Positions 1 to 14,200 of a stretch of 64,000 bases of DNA are shown piece after piece. The DNA is from Octopus vulgaris. Taxonomy: Eukaryota. The notes under the pieces were generated by a model. That model was not told the origin of the DNA and searched no databases. It saw only the letters and a list, made by a program, of their open reading frames with translations. The translations under genes and the position numbers were made by a program. Location of the stretch: NCBI GenBank assembly GCA_951406725.2, contig OX597814.1, forward strand, positions 179,614,001 through 179,678,000, given 5' to 3'. The first letter of the stretch is position 1, and each line of letters begins with the position of its first letter.

Positions 1-490
1 GAGAATAATATTTGAGACGATATCTTCCATTCGCAGTCTCAACAGACTCTCTAGATATGTTTTTACTTTGTCTCCTGAAAACCCCATCACTTGAACCGGT
101 GTCGTTTTTGAATGCGCTCTTTCCCCTCTGTGATAACAATACAGAGAAATACTGTCGCACTGTGGTGGAAGCACTCCGTCGGTTACGACGACGAGGGTTC
201 CGGTTGATCTGAATCAACGGAACAGCGGAATTATATTGGGTGAAAACATTAGTCTACCTTCTGGAGTGAGAATAATATTTGAGACGATATCTTCCATTCA
301 CAGTCTCAACAGACTCTCTAGATATGTTTTTACTTTGTCTCCTGAAAACCCCATCACTTGAACCGGTGTCGTTTTTGAATGCGCTCTTTCCCCTCTGTGA
401 TAACAATACAGAGAAATACTGTCGCACTGTGGTGGAAGCACTCCGTCGGTTACGACGACGAGGGTTCCGGTTGATCCGAATCAACGGAAA
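1..490. repeat. 267-bp-period tandem duplication including the 3' tail of a SINE
   Basis: 1-222 is nearly identical to 268-489 (gagaataatatttgagacg...tcaacggaa). Confidence 0.9.
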
Positions 491-800
491 TTAACGTGTA
501 AGTGGCTGAGCACTCCATAGACACGTGCACCCTTAACTTAGTTCTCGGGGATATTCAGCGTTACACAGAGAGTGAGAAGGACGGCCCCTTGAAATACAGG
601 TACAACAGAAACAGGAAGTAAGAGTGAGAGAAAGTTGTGGTGAAAGAGTACAGCAGGGATCACCACCATCCCTGCTGGAGCCTCGTGGAGCTTTTAGGTG
701 TTTTCGCTCAATAAACACTCACAACGCCCGGTCTGGGAATCGAAACCGCGATCCTATGACCGCGAGTCCGCTGCCCTAACCACTGGGCCATTGCGCCTCC
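431..800 (-). mobile_element. tRNA-derived SINE, family A, full length
   Basis: Head ggaggcgcaatggcccagtggttagg...gtttcgattccc (A/B boxes); 13-bp TSD actgtcgcactgt at 418-430 and 801-813; homologous to 16230-16619 and 58358-58742. Confidence 0.92.
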
Positions 801-1632
801 ACTGTCGCACTGTATACATGATGTCTGAAGACTACAAAAATTGTAGTATTTCAACCTCAAGGTGGTGTCTGATCCGTCCAAGTGAAGATCTTTACAGCCA
901 TATTCTTCATTTCATAGCACAATTTCCTTCAACAGGACGAGAAATTATTCTTATATCCCCATTTCAATTATTCTCTCGAATAAATTTCCATGTAGAACAT
1001 GTAGATGCAAGTCCTGACATTGTAGCCCTTAATGACGTCTTCTCCAAACTCATTATGCAGTTCTACAGACCAATTAGTAGTATTAAAACACAGATTACAG
1101 CATAAAATTGTTTCCGTTTCCCAGGCATATGAATCGTCCTTATGTTCCGAGTTCTGCTCCACTCATCGTACTGTAGCTGTTTCTGTGGTTTGCCGTTCCA
1201 TGATATCCGTTACACCATTAAATCTCATAAGATCGTCAGAATTGCAAGATACTTCATCGTGTAGCAATATGTATATCCGTCAAAGCAGTACATAATGCAT
1301 TTATAAGCAGCAATATTGTCTTTGAAATTTATTTAATAAGGATTATTGTGAACGGGCATTCAGAATGGCATCTCAAGTAATCATCTATTATTTTGAAGAT
1401 GATCATCTTTTCGGTGTTGCAGATTTCACCTAAATGCATCCCTTCTAAATAACATTTGCTCGCTTCTCATTTTCATTTCCTTTCCCCTCGTTGTTCTCTC
1501 ACTTTCTCCTCGCTATTAAAGACCCTAATGCTCACTCAATTGGAACATGTTCGGTGTTAACGGATATGTTTTACACTACGCAGATCTCGTCAGTGAATCA
1601 TATACAGTTTCGAATGAATTTACAGCTTAAAA

Positions 1633-1682
<50 letters not shown>

Positions 1683-2018
1683 GAGAGAGAGTATACATAC
1701 TGAACATGTGAGTCAGAAAGGAAAATACAATAAGAGAACAGTCAGCATATATATAAATATATGTGCGTGTGTGTGTGAGTACGCACACATGTTTTCATGT
1801 ATATATATAAGAGATAATGGTGTCATTGAAACCCAAAGATGTCAGGTAATGCTGAATAAGTGCTATAGACAGACCATAGTTAAGTTCCAGATTCGTTAAT
1901 TTTGCGAATAAGGGGTTCGACGTTGGTTCTATGTCAGTGTGTGTAGATAAGAATTATTTGCGTAATAAGATAAAAAAAACCAAGGCTGTATAGACATTAA
2001 AGCGTTTATAGATAGAAG

Positions 2019-2070
2019 GTCTTACAGCTGTTTCTAAGATATTTATTAATTATATCCCTTCATCAGAGAC
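2019..2070 (-). ncRNA. Minimal type I hammerhead ribozyme motif (Penelope pLTR-like)
   Basis: gtct-CUGAUGA-agggatat...atatctta-GAAA-cagctg-UA^agac; palindromic stem III; A/A mismatch at the base of stem II. Confidence 0.7.
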
Positions 2071-2163
2071 GGTGTGAGAGGATGGTTAAGTCACAGTTTA
2101 GATGTGATACCGCCTTGGTTTTTTTTATCTTATTACGCAAAAGATTCTTATATGAATATATAT

Positions 2164-2211
<48 letters not shown>

Positions 2212-2359
2212 GTGTGTGTATATATATATATATATACATACATACATACATATATATATATATACATGCATATATATATATATATACATGGGGGGGAGAG
2301 CATAGCAAAGTAATAACAAAATAACAAGTAGTGAGTTTGTATTGTTACCTTCTACAAAA

Positions 2360-2578
2360 GCAACGGAGCTGGCAGAATCGTTAGCAAACCGGGCTAAATG
2401 CTTAGCGGCATTCCATCCGTCCTTATGTTCCGAGTTCAAATTCTGCAGAGGTCGATTTTACCTTTTATCCTTTCGAGATCAATGAAATAAGTACCAGTGG
2501 AGCACTGGCGTCGATATAATCGACTAGCCCCCTTCTGCCAAACTTTTAGGACTTGTGTCTCTAGCAGAAAGGATTATT
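2360..2578 (+). mobile_element. SINE family B (tRNA head, Meta-domain-like core)
   Basis: gagctggcagaatcgttagc...gagttcaaattc...ggtcgattttaccttttatcctttcg...aagtaccag. Confidence 0.8.
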
Positions 2579-2693
2579 ACGTACTACATGATAAGGCGTC
2601 GAGTAAAATATAGAAAAAAACAAAATGCTTCATAGAATTGTATAAAAACCTGAGTAATGGTATTATACATATTGGAACTATATTTTTATATGC

Positions 2694-2772
<79 letters not shown>

Positions 2773-3300
2773 TAGATAGGTAGAGAGAGAGAGTTATATA
2801 TTGATACGTACACACGCTCTCATATACGTATATAAATTTACATATATACGTATGTGCGCATGTGTGTGTGTTTGAATATGGGTTTATGTGTTTCATCGTA
2901 CACTCCACGTTTTTCTACAACCGCATTGGTTTTCTTGCCAAAATACATGTACAATATCTGTGGTTTCGTGAAAACTTTAGAACGTAAATATTGCCCAATT
3001 TTACTCAAGGTAATTATAAAGTGTCATGTTGAAGAAGAAAATACAATTTGTTACACCTATTGCATCATTAACATTTATATTACACTTCATTTTTATTTTC
3101 TATGTGGCCAACTCCAAAAATTACTTGCCACCCATAGATATTAGAAACACAAGTTCTTATAAAAAATGTATAAATAATAATTTTGGTAGAAGGGAATGGT
3201 ATAAACGATAGTTCGCAATTTTGTGTCTTTCCTTATTTCCTTATTATTTATAATGATGTGTTTCGACGTTGGCTTGATGCCACTAGGTGTATATATATGA

Positions 3301-3368
<68 letters not shown>

Positions 3369-4170
3369 CACGCATAAACATATGTGCGTGTGTGCATGTA
3401 TATAACAATGTATGTATGTATATATATATATATATACATACATACAACCATACATATAATATATATATTTATATATATATATATATATATATACATATAG
3501 GTCTTGTTTTGACTTTCTGAAGGCAGAGTGCCCAATACTAGAGTAGAGATTAATAATATTTTTATATTTTAGGTTGTCTCACTCATTTAATTTTCTGTAG
3601 TCTTGCCTGTGATAGCCCTGGATAATGCAACCCCTGCACATTGAGGGGTACTTATTTAATCTTTAGCACTCTGTTTACCCTGACACTGCCCTATTCGTAC
3701 AGGGGAGAAAACGCATACGGTGACATAATGCACCTACAATATAGCTACAGGCCAACTAACTACAAACCCTCCTCCTCAAAGATAATATATATAAAAAATA
3801 ATAAAGGTCATTTCCGTGTCATATAGACTCATAGGGCTGGTTTCACGGTTTCCATGACCTGACCTGAGAAAAGAAAATGACCCGGTACAGCAAAATACGA
3901 AAGGATGGATAGGCTACACCTTAAGGAAACCAGAGTCAGGCCCTGACCTAAAAGCTGCAAGGTATGCAAAAAGAGGACGCCCTAAAATTTGTTGTCGGCG
4001 TCCAAATAGTGAGTCGTAGAAAAGGTAGCCCTGAACAATGGATGAAATTAGTCGATAACCCCCACAAGGAGCGAAGTGCTTAAGTGAGCTAGCCCTATAT
4101 ATATAATTAGGAAATTGGGCAGAATGGCCAGAGCGTCAGATAGAATGATCATAATACTCGCTTCTGGTAA

Positions 4171-4374
4171 GGCGGCGAGCTGGCAGACACGTTAGCACGC
4201 CGGGCGAAATGCTTAGCAGTATTTCACCTGTCTTTACGATCTGAGTTCAAATTTCGCCGAGGTCGACTTTGCCTTTCATCCTTTCGGGGGCGATAAATTA
4301 AGTACCAGTTGTGTACTGAGGTCGATCTAATCTACTGCTCCCCTCCCATAAAATTTTGGGCCTTATGCCTAGAG
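4171..4374 (+). mobile_element. SINE family B
   Basis: ggcggcgagctggcag...gccgaggtcgactttgcctttcatcctttcggg...taagtaccag. Confidence 0.88.
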
Positions 4375-5352
4375 TTTCTGGTTTTTGCACTTTATGTTCA
4401 AATCCCTTCTACTTCATCTACTGGTTGATAAATATAGTACCAGCAAGTGCTGAAGTCAATTCTTTTACCGATCTCACTTTATTTTTCCATATATATATAT
4501 ATATATATATCCCTCTCTCTCCTCTCAGTCTCTCCCTCTTTCTCTCTCTCTTTCTTCCCGTCTCACTCATTGTTTGTATTTACAAGAAATCTGCTGTAAT
4601 TAAACTGGGAGAATGATTTATGCAGCCGAGTTTAAGTAAACAAGATGCAGCGTATTTGACGACTGTGCTCAACTCTCTCGGGAATTGTGAGCCCCAAAAA
4701 TGATGGACGATTTATAATTCCGGAAGAGAAACAGAGGTGTCATAACTGGTATAATTTTTATGATAGTCCCATACTATAAAGACTCGCCTGTGATTACACA
4801 ACTATCTTGAAACCGTCGTTTCTATTACATCCACAGATTTTAAATCTAAAAATGTATTAATATATCCCATAAGGTTTTCCATATCAAATTACTCATTCGT
4901 ACTTCCTTTTGATACGTATTCCCTAGAAATCACCTATTACCAAAATAAACACGTAGTAATTTATGTATAGAAAAGTACACTATTTGATATAGGCAGCAGA
5001 ACAATACAGCAAGATATAAATAGAAAGATGTTGCTTTTCTCTTCGCTCTTCGTGATAAAAAGAAAATGCCCCTGTATCATATCATACATTATCATCATAT
5101 TTAATGCAAGCAAAATTGAGATTTCTCTCGTAACACATTCCAGGTTGTCTAATAGTAATTTCTTAAGAATTTTGTGTTTTGATCATGTTACTCGGCTGTT
5201 TATTTTCCGACGTGTTTTATCGATAAGCGGCGTCTACCACATTTATGAAACACGACCAAACCATTATATTATTCTTTGAATTCTTACTCGATTTTGTTAT
5301 CTCCTCTGAAGTTTCTTCGTTGTCATTCAACACTGATATATGCGTGTGAGTC

Positions 5353-5430
<78 letters not shown>

Positions 5431-6202
5431 AGTTTGCGCGAGTATATGTGTGTAATGTGAGTGTAGGCATGTAAGTACATGTATATTATACGTAAATACC
5501 CAAGCATTGAAATTAATAATAAACATTGATATAAAAATACATTTATCCATATGTGCTCATGTATATGTGTGTGTGTTTGTGTGTGCTTGTGTATGTGTGC
5601 GTATGTGAGTGTGTGTTGAGAGGGAGAGAGAGAGAGAGAGAATAAGAAAAAGAAACAGATAAATAGATAGATAGACAGATACGCAATTGATACTTATACT
5701 TGCTTACATTTGACTAAATTATGCGTGTAACAAACGATAGATTACTCAATACTCTCCTGCAATTTTCAGATTTCCAATTGCATAGAAAAAGAACATTCAT
5801 TTCCACAGTTCGCATGTTTTACTTCTATTTTCAAAATTTTGGCTTTGCTTGTTTAGGGTATTGTGTATGTGGATACCTCCCTATCTATCTACCAACCTAC
5901 CTATCTACCTATCTACCTACATACCTACCCCTCTACCTACTTACCTACCATCCTACTTACATACATACACACATGCATGTATATATGTGTGTGTGCGTGT
6001 GTGTGTGCGAGTGTGTTTGTGTGTGTCTGTGTGTGTCTCTGTGGGTGTGTGTGTATCCACACATACACATACAGACATACTCATATGTATATAGATATAT
6101 GTATAAGTATGTACATACACATAAACATACAGTTAAACATAAGCGTACATACATATACATACACTCATACACACATACATACATTCATACCTACCTACCT
6201 AC

Positions 6203-6233
<31 letters not shown>

Positions 6234-7008
6234 CATGCATACATGCAAACATACATACATACCTACATAGACAGAAGGATAGGTAGATATGAGTATATAC
6301 ATATATATATATACACACAAGCATGTGTGTGTCTGTGCGCGCGAATTTTATTTGATATTAAATTTACGATAGTAGTACCTGTGTTGTTTACCGTCTTATT
6401 TTCAATATATGGAGAAGCCGTGTATCGAATCTCACCCCATAGATCATTCTCAGCATATATCAGCCGGGAAGCCATACCTCCTTGACAGAATCTTATATCA
6501 AAGATGCCCTTCTCTTAGGTTAAATATTATCTATCTTTTATCTTGCTTCTTTACTTGTTATTAGCTTGGATTGATGTTGCTACCTTTTAGAACAGTTAAA
6601 CCACATTGTCTGAAATATGTCTGCCTTGTTTCGGAATATCAATGCAGTTTGATGGGAACAAAGGATCAACCAGTGCCAGATAACCTACATCTATTTGTGT
6701 ATTTATACATCTATGACAGCTGGAGCAGCCTTGATATGCGAGTGTTTGTCAGTGGGAAATCCTATACAGGAGTGATTATAAACTACTTCAATAAAGAGAA
6801 TCCGAAAAGTCACGCCCAGTTATTTGAATGCTTTAGGTATACTATTGATGTGAATTCAAACGGAAAAGGCATTTGAAAAAAATACCACTAAATGTAAAAT
6901 ATCACCAACGTGTTATAAAAAATGGCGTGGATGATTTTGATTAAATTTTACACGTTTGATATTATACGTATGTATCTGGTGTGCGTGTGTGTAGGCGTTT
7001 GTATGTGC

Positions 7009-7047
<39 letters not shown>

Positions 7048-7057
7048 TATATAGATA

Positions 7058-7089
<32 letters not shown>

Positions 7090-7112
7090 TGTGCCCGTGC
7101 GTGTGTGTATAT

Positions 7113-7146
<34 letters not shown>

Positions 7147-7154
7147 CGTGTTTG

Positions 7155-7295
7155 TTTAGGAGAGAATTCACAAAAACACAAAAGACGAAGACAGATGGTG
7201 TAGACAACAAACAGATGTATTACTATAACGCGCGGGAAGTGTAAAGGTGTTTAAAGTTTCGAGCCTACGCTCTTCCACAGAAAGTAACACAGAAA
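7155..7295 (-). mobile_element. Penelope-derived short repeat with HHR-like motif (7249-7283)
   Basis: ttt-CUGUGGA-a-gagc-gtag-gctc-GAAAC-UUUA-aa on the minus strand; A6 substituted; next to (GT)n. Confidence 0.5.
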
Positions 7296-7385
7296 GAAAA
7301 AAATTAATGGTCGAGTGTGTCATGCGAATGTTTTACAAAACATACACACATCCAAGTGTATGTGTGTGTGTGTGATTGTGTGTGC

Positions 7386-7436
<51 letters not shown>

Positions 7437-7499
7437 AGTGCTCAACATCGTATTTGTGGATATAAATTCTTTATTCGTGGTTTAACAATATTATTATAC

Positions 7500-8870
7500 A
7501 GATCACAGGAGGTAACTTATAGGAAAACCATAATTGTTCTCTCCTTTGTTTTAGCATATATCCAGCATATGTTTATGAGGGTGTATGATTTTTATACACA
7601 ATGTTCATCCATTTTATATAATCAGTGTTTACCGAACTTATTCAGGTTGAAGTGGTGGCGAAGTGGGCGAGAAGTCATGCTTGAAATTTCGAAATAGGAA
7701 TTATGATTTATGCATGCAGGAGAGGAGGTGTCCACCATAATGTTTATAAATTTCACTGTTGAGGTTATGATATTTGAGTTTTCGGTGGTGGAAAGCTCTC
7801 ATTTGTTACCCCGTTCCCTGTATTTGCCGGCCTTAGTTATGGTGCTCCAGTTTATATGGGGTTTGCTCACTCGTCTCTCTTTAAGTGTCCATTACATATC
7901 GAGTTAAGATGTATGTATCTTTTGTCTCCGAACGAATCCAAATGCTGCTTATATATTTCTTTAAAGGCATTTCCCGTCATTCCAAAGCAAGTTTTTGTTG
8001 CTCGGTCCGTCATGCTGACGTTCTACTCTACTTCTTTTTCCAATGACTTGTTCAAGAGACAGCTGTCCAGTAATCTAAAATTCAGCAAGTGCTGTCTGAG
8101 AGACAACATGCGACTTTCGAAGGCTGTCTGCACAAGCTCAAGACTCTATTTCCTTCATTCCTTCTTAAATAGAGGCTGTTGATATCACTGCTATTGTGGA
8201 ATTTTCTGCTTGATATAGGGATCTCGCGGGCTTTAACTTCTATGGAGTGAAATTCCTCAATAGATCAGTAAAGTATCTCATCAGTTGGAATTAGCACTGG
8301 TACAGCAAATGGAGTGTGAGATATTGTCTTGTAAGAGGAGAATTCTGAATTTCATATTTTTCTGTGTCTGGTATAATATTCTCAGGTCACTCTATCTTTA
8401 TTCACAGAAAGTTCGTATATGTTTTTATCCATGCCCTGGTATTTGAAGCATTTTTTGAGTGGAACAGGAGAGATAATGTGACCGTTGATGCCAAGGTTTT
8501 GGGTTTGGGGAATGATTTTCCACGTTCAGCAATCAAATATGAACATTTCTTTTGGCTAAATATCATTCCTATGTCAGCCAAAAATTCCAGCTGTTTTTTT
8601 GGCATTGGTAACACTTTTAGCATAAATTTTGATGTCATTCACGAAGTAATTATGGGTTATCCTAATATTTCTAGCAGTTGCAGAATCAAACATGTTGTCA
8701 TTTGACTTTTGTAACAGGAATGATAATGGATTTAATGCCAAAATGAATACAATTACAGAAAGACTATCTCCTTGGAATATTCTCTCAGAAATATTGATAA
8801 CATTGGAGACACTCATTCTGCCCTCTGCATGCATATATGTTTGTAATGAACGTTTTTAAAGAAATTTTTG
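7500..8870 (-). mobile_element. Degraded R4/Dong-clade LINE (RT and RLE remnants)
   Basis: IFQGDSLSVIVFILALNPLSFLL, ITHNYFVNDIKIYAK (YxDD remnant), DIGMIFSQKKCSYL; many stops and frameshifts. Confidence 0.8.
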
Positions 8871-8974
8871 CTCCTATATTCTTGGTTTTATTTGCCAAAA
8901 ATAAAGAAAAACTATTAGACATGGAGATTTGTAGCACGCCACAAACCAACGTAACTTTATTATTATTATCATTA

Positions 8975-9090
8975 TTATTCAGAAGTCTTATTTTTATCAC
9001 GTGCTTTCACTGCACTACTAAGCGCAGCTTTGTGTGTCTTGGGTATATGCTTTGGTTTGTTGTGATGCTCTTATTTTTACGTAGAATGTG
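8975..9090 (-). mobile_element. 3' end of R4/Dong LINE next to (TTA)n
   Basis: Matches 19480-19600 (cgtgctttcact...gcgcagct...gggtat...ttgtgatgctct). Confidence 0.75.
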
Positions 9091-9142
9091 AGCGGTATAT
9101 ATGTTATATATATTTGTTAGTCCTAGTGTTTTTGTAATGTTC

Positions 9143-9199
<57 letters not shown>

Positions 9200-9260
9200 C
9201 CTTATTATTATTATTATTATTATTATTATCATTATTATTATCATTATCAATATTACTAAG

Positions 9261-10135
9261 GGGGCAAGCTGGCAGAATCGTTAGCGCACTGGACAAAATG
9301 CATAGCAATATTTCGCCTGTCACCATGTTCTGAGTTCAAATTCCGCCGAAGTCGAGTTCACATTTCATCCTTTTGGAGGTCGATAAAATAAGTACCAGCT
9401 GAACACTATGTTCGATGTGATCGATTCATCCCTCCTCCAAAATTGCTGCCCCTGTGGCAAAATTTGAAACCACTATTATTATTATAGTTGTTGTTGTTGC
9501 TTTTGTTGTTGTTGTTGTTGTTTTTGTTGTTGTTGTTTTTGTTGTTGTTGTTGTTTTTGTTGTTGTTGTTGTTTTTGTTGTTGTTGTTGTTTTAAACCCG
9601 CGAGTTGGCAGAATCGTTAGCATACAGGGCGAAATGCTTAGCGGTATTTCGTCTACCCTTACATTCTGAGTTAAAATTCCGACGAAGCCAACTTTGCCTT
9701 TCATCCTTTCGAGGACGATAGAATAAGTACCAGTTGAATATTGGGGTCGATGTTATCGCCTAGTCCTCTCCCCACGAAATTTCAGGCCTTGAACCTATAG
9801 AAGAAAGGATTATTATATTTATTGTCAGCGGGAAGTTTAGCTTAATCGGTAGAATATTCAGCCGGCATCTGGGAGGTGCGTTTCGCGTCTCGTGGCTGTC
9901 TGCTGACAACTAAAACAAGTCGGCCAACTGGCAGAATCGTTAGGATGCTAGACAAAACGCTTAGCGGCATTTCGTCCGTCCTTGCATTCTCAATTCAAAT
10001 TCCACTGGGGTCGACTTTACCTTTCATTCTTTCGCGGGTGAAGGAAATAAGTACAAGTTACGCACCGGAGTCGATGTAATCGACTGGGCGCTTCCCACAA
10101 AAATTTCAGGCCTTGTACCTATAGTAGAAAGGATT
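9261..10135 (+). mobile_element. Three SINE family B copies (9261-9478, 9600-9815, 9920-10135) separated by simple repeats
   Basis: Each has a tggcagaatcgttag head, a cctttcatcctt-like core and an aagtac motif. Confidence 0.85.
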
Positions 10136-10217
10136 CTTCTTCTTCTTCTTCTTCTTCTTCTTCTTCTTCTTCTTCTTCTTCTTCTTCTTCTTCTTCTTCT
10201 TCTTCTTCTTCTTCTTC
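10134..10217. repeat. (TTC)n microsatellite
   Basis: Direct reading. Confidence 0.95.
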
Positions 10218-11840
10218 GCGTGTGTATGTGTATTAATATGCATATTCGGTATATGTTAAAGATGTGTGTAGATTTTCAGCGAGTAAATGTTCCTTCGTGG
10301 CAATTTAGATTACAAAATCATGCCTACGTACATGCTTCAACGTTTCGCAAACTGACAACTTTCCACTATTTATAGTTTCTAAAATAAACCCATTCTCATA
10401 TATGCTATTTTTAACCAAGTTACCATGAAGATAGTTTTAGGTTTGATTGCATGCATTTATGTACATATCTGATCACAACACAACAAATATTATTCATATG
10501 GGATAACAAAAATGAATAAACCCCGGTAAGACATATCAAGAAATATTAGAACACAGTAGGATATTAACTAGCAAGTTTACACTGCATTCTAACCAAATAT
10601 TAAATACGTGATACTTTTAAAAACCAATGTCGACTTTGTTTTTTAAATTCAATGATGCAGACTTCTTGACTGCTATGAGAAATTAGCAATAATTGCAATG
10701 AAACTTTATATTTTTATTTTCCTATATTTTTCATTAGTTCATCGGTAGTTTTCTATTACTCCACTGAACCCTTGTTGCAAGTTACTTCAGTAGAATAAAC
10801 TGTTGAATTGCTTTTCACAAAACTACTCTGAGACATAAAACACAATTTATCTCATTTTCATTCAACACCTAAGTCTTACTTCTTTTAATAATATATCAGT
10901 CACGAAATGAAAGTTAATCATATAGCAAAGTCATAGAACTAAAACTTCACTTACAGACTACATGATTAACTTCCATATGAATAACAGCAATTTAGTTCAT
11001 TAGCCTTTTTGGAAAGTTGTTATATATTTATGGGCTTTTATCTACTGAAGTATTCCGTTATAGATTTTGTCGCCAAATTGCGAGAACGGGAACTTTGATG
11101 CCTGAAAATATATGTAGTATATCTAATAAATTTAGATATGGCCTCCTTGTGAAAATATACTTTAAACAGATCACAGAATTTCGGATGTCTATTAAAGAAA
11201 GATCAGATCGGCTAACACATGTTTTGCCTACATAGACCTCTTGATTGTAACCTTCAGTTTTCTCTCCTAAATTAGAAAAAAAGAAGGAAAAAATCTAGGA
11301 TTTTTATTAATATTAGAAATATTGAATTTCTAAATGTCTCAGAGAGACATGAGCGGTGGTGGAGCGATATAGTGGTTGTATACTGTCAGCTCAACGTGAC
11401 AGTCCCGTAAGGTAATTACACCACCGCCATTTAGCCCTAGGAAACAGTTTAAAATAGTTTAAATACGTTTATCGTACGATAATTTACTGTTCGGAAATAA
11501 TCCGGCTTTTGAGTGTTGAATCAAAGTATTCCACTCAGAATTCAAAAGATGAAATAGATGTTGGAGCGTTTCTTTACTTCCAGCAATCACTTACAATATA
11601 GCTATACAGCAGGAATTAATAATTTTAATAAAACATTGCTTGTACCTTGAAAGTCTTGAAAGTCCAGTGTAACCATCATCTGAACTCTTTGGGATCAGGG
11701 CCAGTGTAGACAGTAGGTTACTTTTCATTCCCCTGTTTTTACGTAGAATACAAATTCGATCATTCCAGTAATGTCCTACAGCATTTCCGATGTTGAGACA
11801 CCTACAAAAGCAGGGATTGTAAAAGTAACTTTAATTATAT

Positions 11841-12250
11841 AGGCGCAAGAGTGACTGTGTGGTAGGTAGCTTACTTACCAACCACATGGTCCCGGGTTCA
11901 GTCCCACTACATGGCACCTTGGGTAAGTGTCTTTTACTATAGCCTCGGGCCGACCAAAGCCTTGTGAGTGGATTTGGTAGACGAAAGCTGAAAGAAGCCC
12001 GTCGTATATATATATATATGTATGTATGTGTGTGTTTGTGTGTCTGCGTTTGTCCTCCCAACATCGCTTGACAACCGATGCTGGTGTGTTTACGTCCCCG
12101 TAACTTAGCGGTTTGGCAAAAGAGACCGATATAATAAGTACTAGGCTTCTAAAGAATAAGTCCTGGGGTCGATTTGCTCGACTGAAAGGCGGTGCTCCAG
12201 CATGGCCACAGTGAAATGACTGAAACAAGTAAAGATAAAGAGAAAGAGAG
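11841..12250 (+). mobile_element. SINE family C, full length, with internal (TA)/(TG) tract
   Basis: ggcgcaagagtgactgtgtggt...cgggttcagtcccact...ccgaccaaagccttgtgagtggatttgg...ctccagcatggcc...tgactgaaacaagtaaa. Confidence 0.9.
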
Positions 12251-12666
12251 AGGTGTGTATTGTGTATGACACAGTTATAAAATCATCGCCAAATAAAGTC
12301 CTTTATTGGAAAAAAAAGCAAATAATTAAACACTCTAAAAAATATTTCGAACTGTAAAAATATTGCAAGAATATCGCAATTGTTAGGGTGTAACTTTTAC
12401 GTCTTACAGGACATTATTCATCTGTAGATGTGAATTTCTTAACTATTTACAATGTCTAAGAAATGCACCGTCAGAATATGAAAGCATCCACCTGTTATTC
12501 TCTCATTTTTTTTTGTGTTGGTATCTTTCATTACATTGCCTTTGTTAGATGAATGTCAGACAAGACTTTAAGTCTGGACAACAAACCGCACAAATGATCA
12601 TCAAAAAATAAAACAGTGATATGTAGTACCATTCACGCAAATTCCATCCAACACTTTTATTAATAA

Positions 12667-13063
12667 CTAGCAGTATCGCCCGGCGTTGCTCGGGTTTGTA
12701 AGGGAAATAACTATATAAGCATTTTTAGAGATGTAAAGTATAATAGCCATCTCAATATGGCTAATCACAAAGGGGGGGGTGTTACTGTAACTTTTTACGT
12801 TCTGAGATTTAATAATAAATTTTTAGAGAGTTACTTCCCTTATATATGCCAAAAATGCATTAAAGATGGGAAAAATTGATGGTAAATTTGTTTTAAAATC
12901 GTAGACTCATCGTCGACGCGCGCTAATACCCAGAGGGGCTCGATATGAATTACGACTATAAGATACCCGGTTTTCGTTAAACTGCACCGCAAAATGTGGG
13001 AGTAGTTAGGAATCTAAATCGTAGGAGACAGACAGTACACAACCTTACTTTTATATATAAAGA
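12667..13063 (-). mobile_element. Non-autonomous Helitron
   Basis: Minus strand starts a|TCtttatatataaaag and ends cccgagcaacgccggg (hairpin) cgatactgCTAG|t; A-T insertion site, no TSD. Confidence 0.85.
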
Positions 13064-13879
13064 TATACCACTACACGTATTAATCATCAGCATGATGCGA
13101 AATTTATCCATATAAAGCATAAGTGCTACATACGTCACTTGAAACATGCATATTTTAGTTATATATATGTAATAGCACTTAAAGTTGCATTTCTGTAAAT
13201 AACGTATTTGATTTGGGCGTTTAATTGCCAAACTGATTTACTATAAATCCTAATGGGAGGGTGTATTTCGAGTATCTGAGTGTTATTCCGATTTCTCTTC
13301 GTTCTCTCCTTTCAACTGACCTTTTAGAATCGTGCATTTAAATACATACACATACACCCACACATTTATTTTATCCTATTCCATTTCTGCGTTCCAATTT
13401 GTGCATATTCAATGTTTGCACTAGATTCGACAATTTTTGCTATTCTTGTGTAGGGCTCGAACAACTGGGTGACAGTGTTTGTGTGTAGTAGTTCAATCTG
13501 CTTAATTTTAAGCGATTTTCAAAATCAAAGAAAATAAAACACTTCTAGTTTTCTCTTATTGATATCAAACAGTATCTATTAACTGAGCCCACGGCAACAT
13601 TTCAGGGCCATATATATATCTTATCTTTTATCTATCACATGATTCAATCATTAGACTACAGCCATACTGGGGTACCACCTTGATATCTATATATGCAATT
13701 ATATAGATTAGAAATGGATTCGGTGTATTTAATAGTGTCTTTATATGGAGAGAGTTGAGACATTCGCCTAAAATTCGTTAACTATAAGGCTAGAACTTTG
13801 AATGAAATACTCTTGTTTTTTCCTCAACCGTGCGGCTTATATTTACCGCCTGCAACGCATAATTTTTCACTAGAATTGG

Positions 13880-14200
13880 TTTCCTAAGATACTTTAGTGA
13901 CAACGAAAGATATGCAAAGTATGTCGCCTTCGTGCTTTTGCCAATACAGGAAAATAGATGTCAACCAACCATAGTGCATTGTGGAGTTCTGTCTGTAAGC
14001 GAAGCCTTCGTCTTACATATAATGCCAGCCTTCTGAAGCTTGCTGCATAAAATACATTTTTCTTTTTTATCAACGCCTGAGTCTTTATCAAGATGTGCAT
14101 AGTAGCCTCTTGATCAAGATAAACAGGCTTTAGAGGTTTTCATTGTATATGCTTGTTAGATATTTTCGAAAAAGAAATAGTTATTCTTGTTGCTATAACA
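13880..14200 (-). mobile_element. Very degraded CR1/L2-like RT remnant
   Basis: LCSKLQKAGIICKTKASLTDRTPQCTMVG resembles the KL..GI.G....SFL.DR.Q.V.V RT block. Confidence 0.35.

Noticed and set aside
814-1300. Possible RTE LINE relic on the minus strand
   Set aside because: Only faint motif echoes; not supportable without an alignment.
3255-3290. gtcGAAACacatc half-hammerhead on the minus strand
   Set aside because: No CUGANGA half and no stem I.
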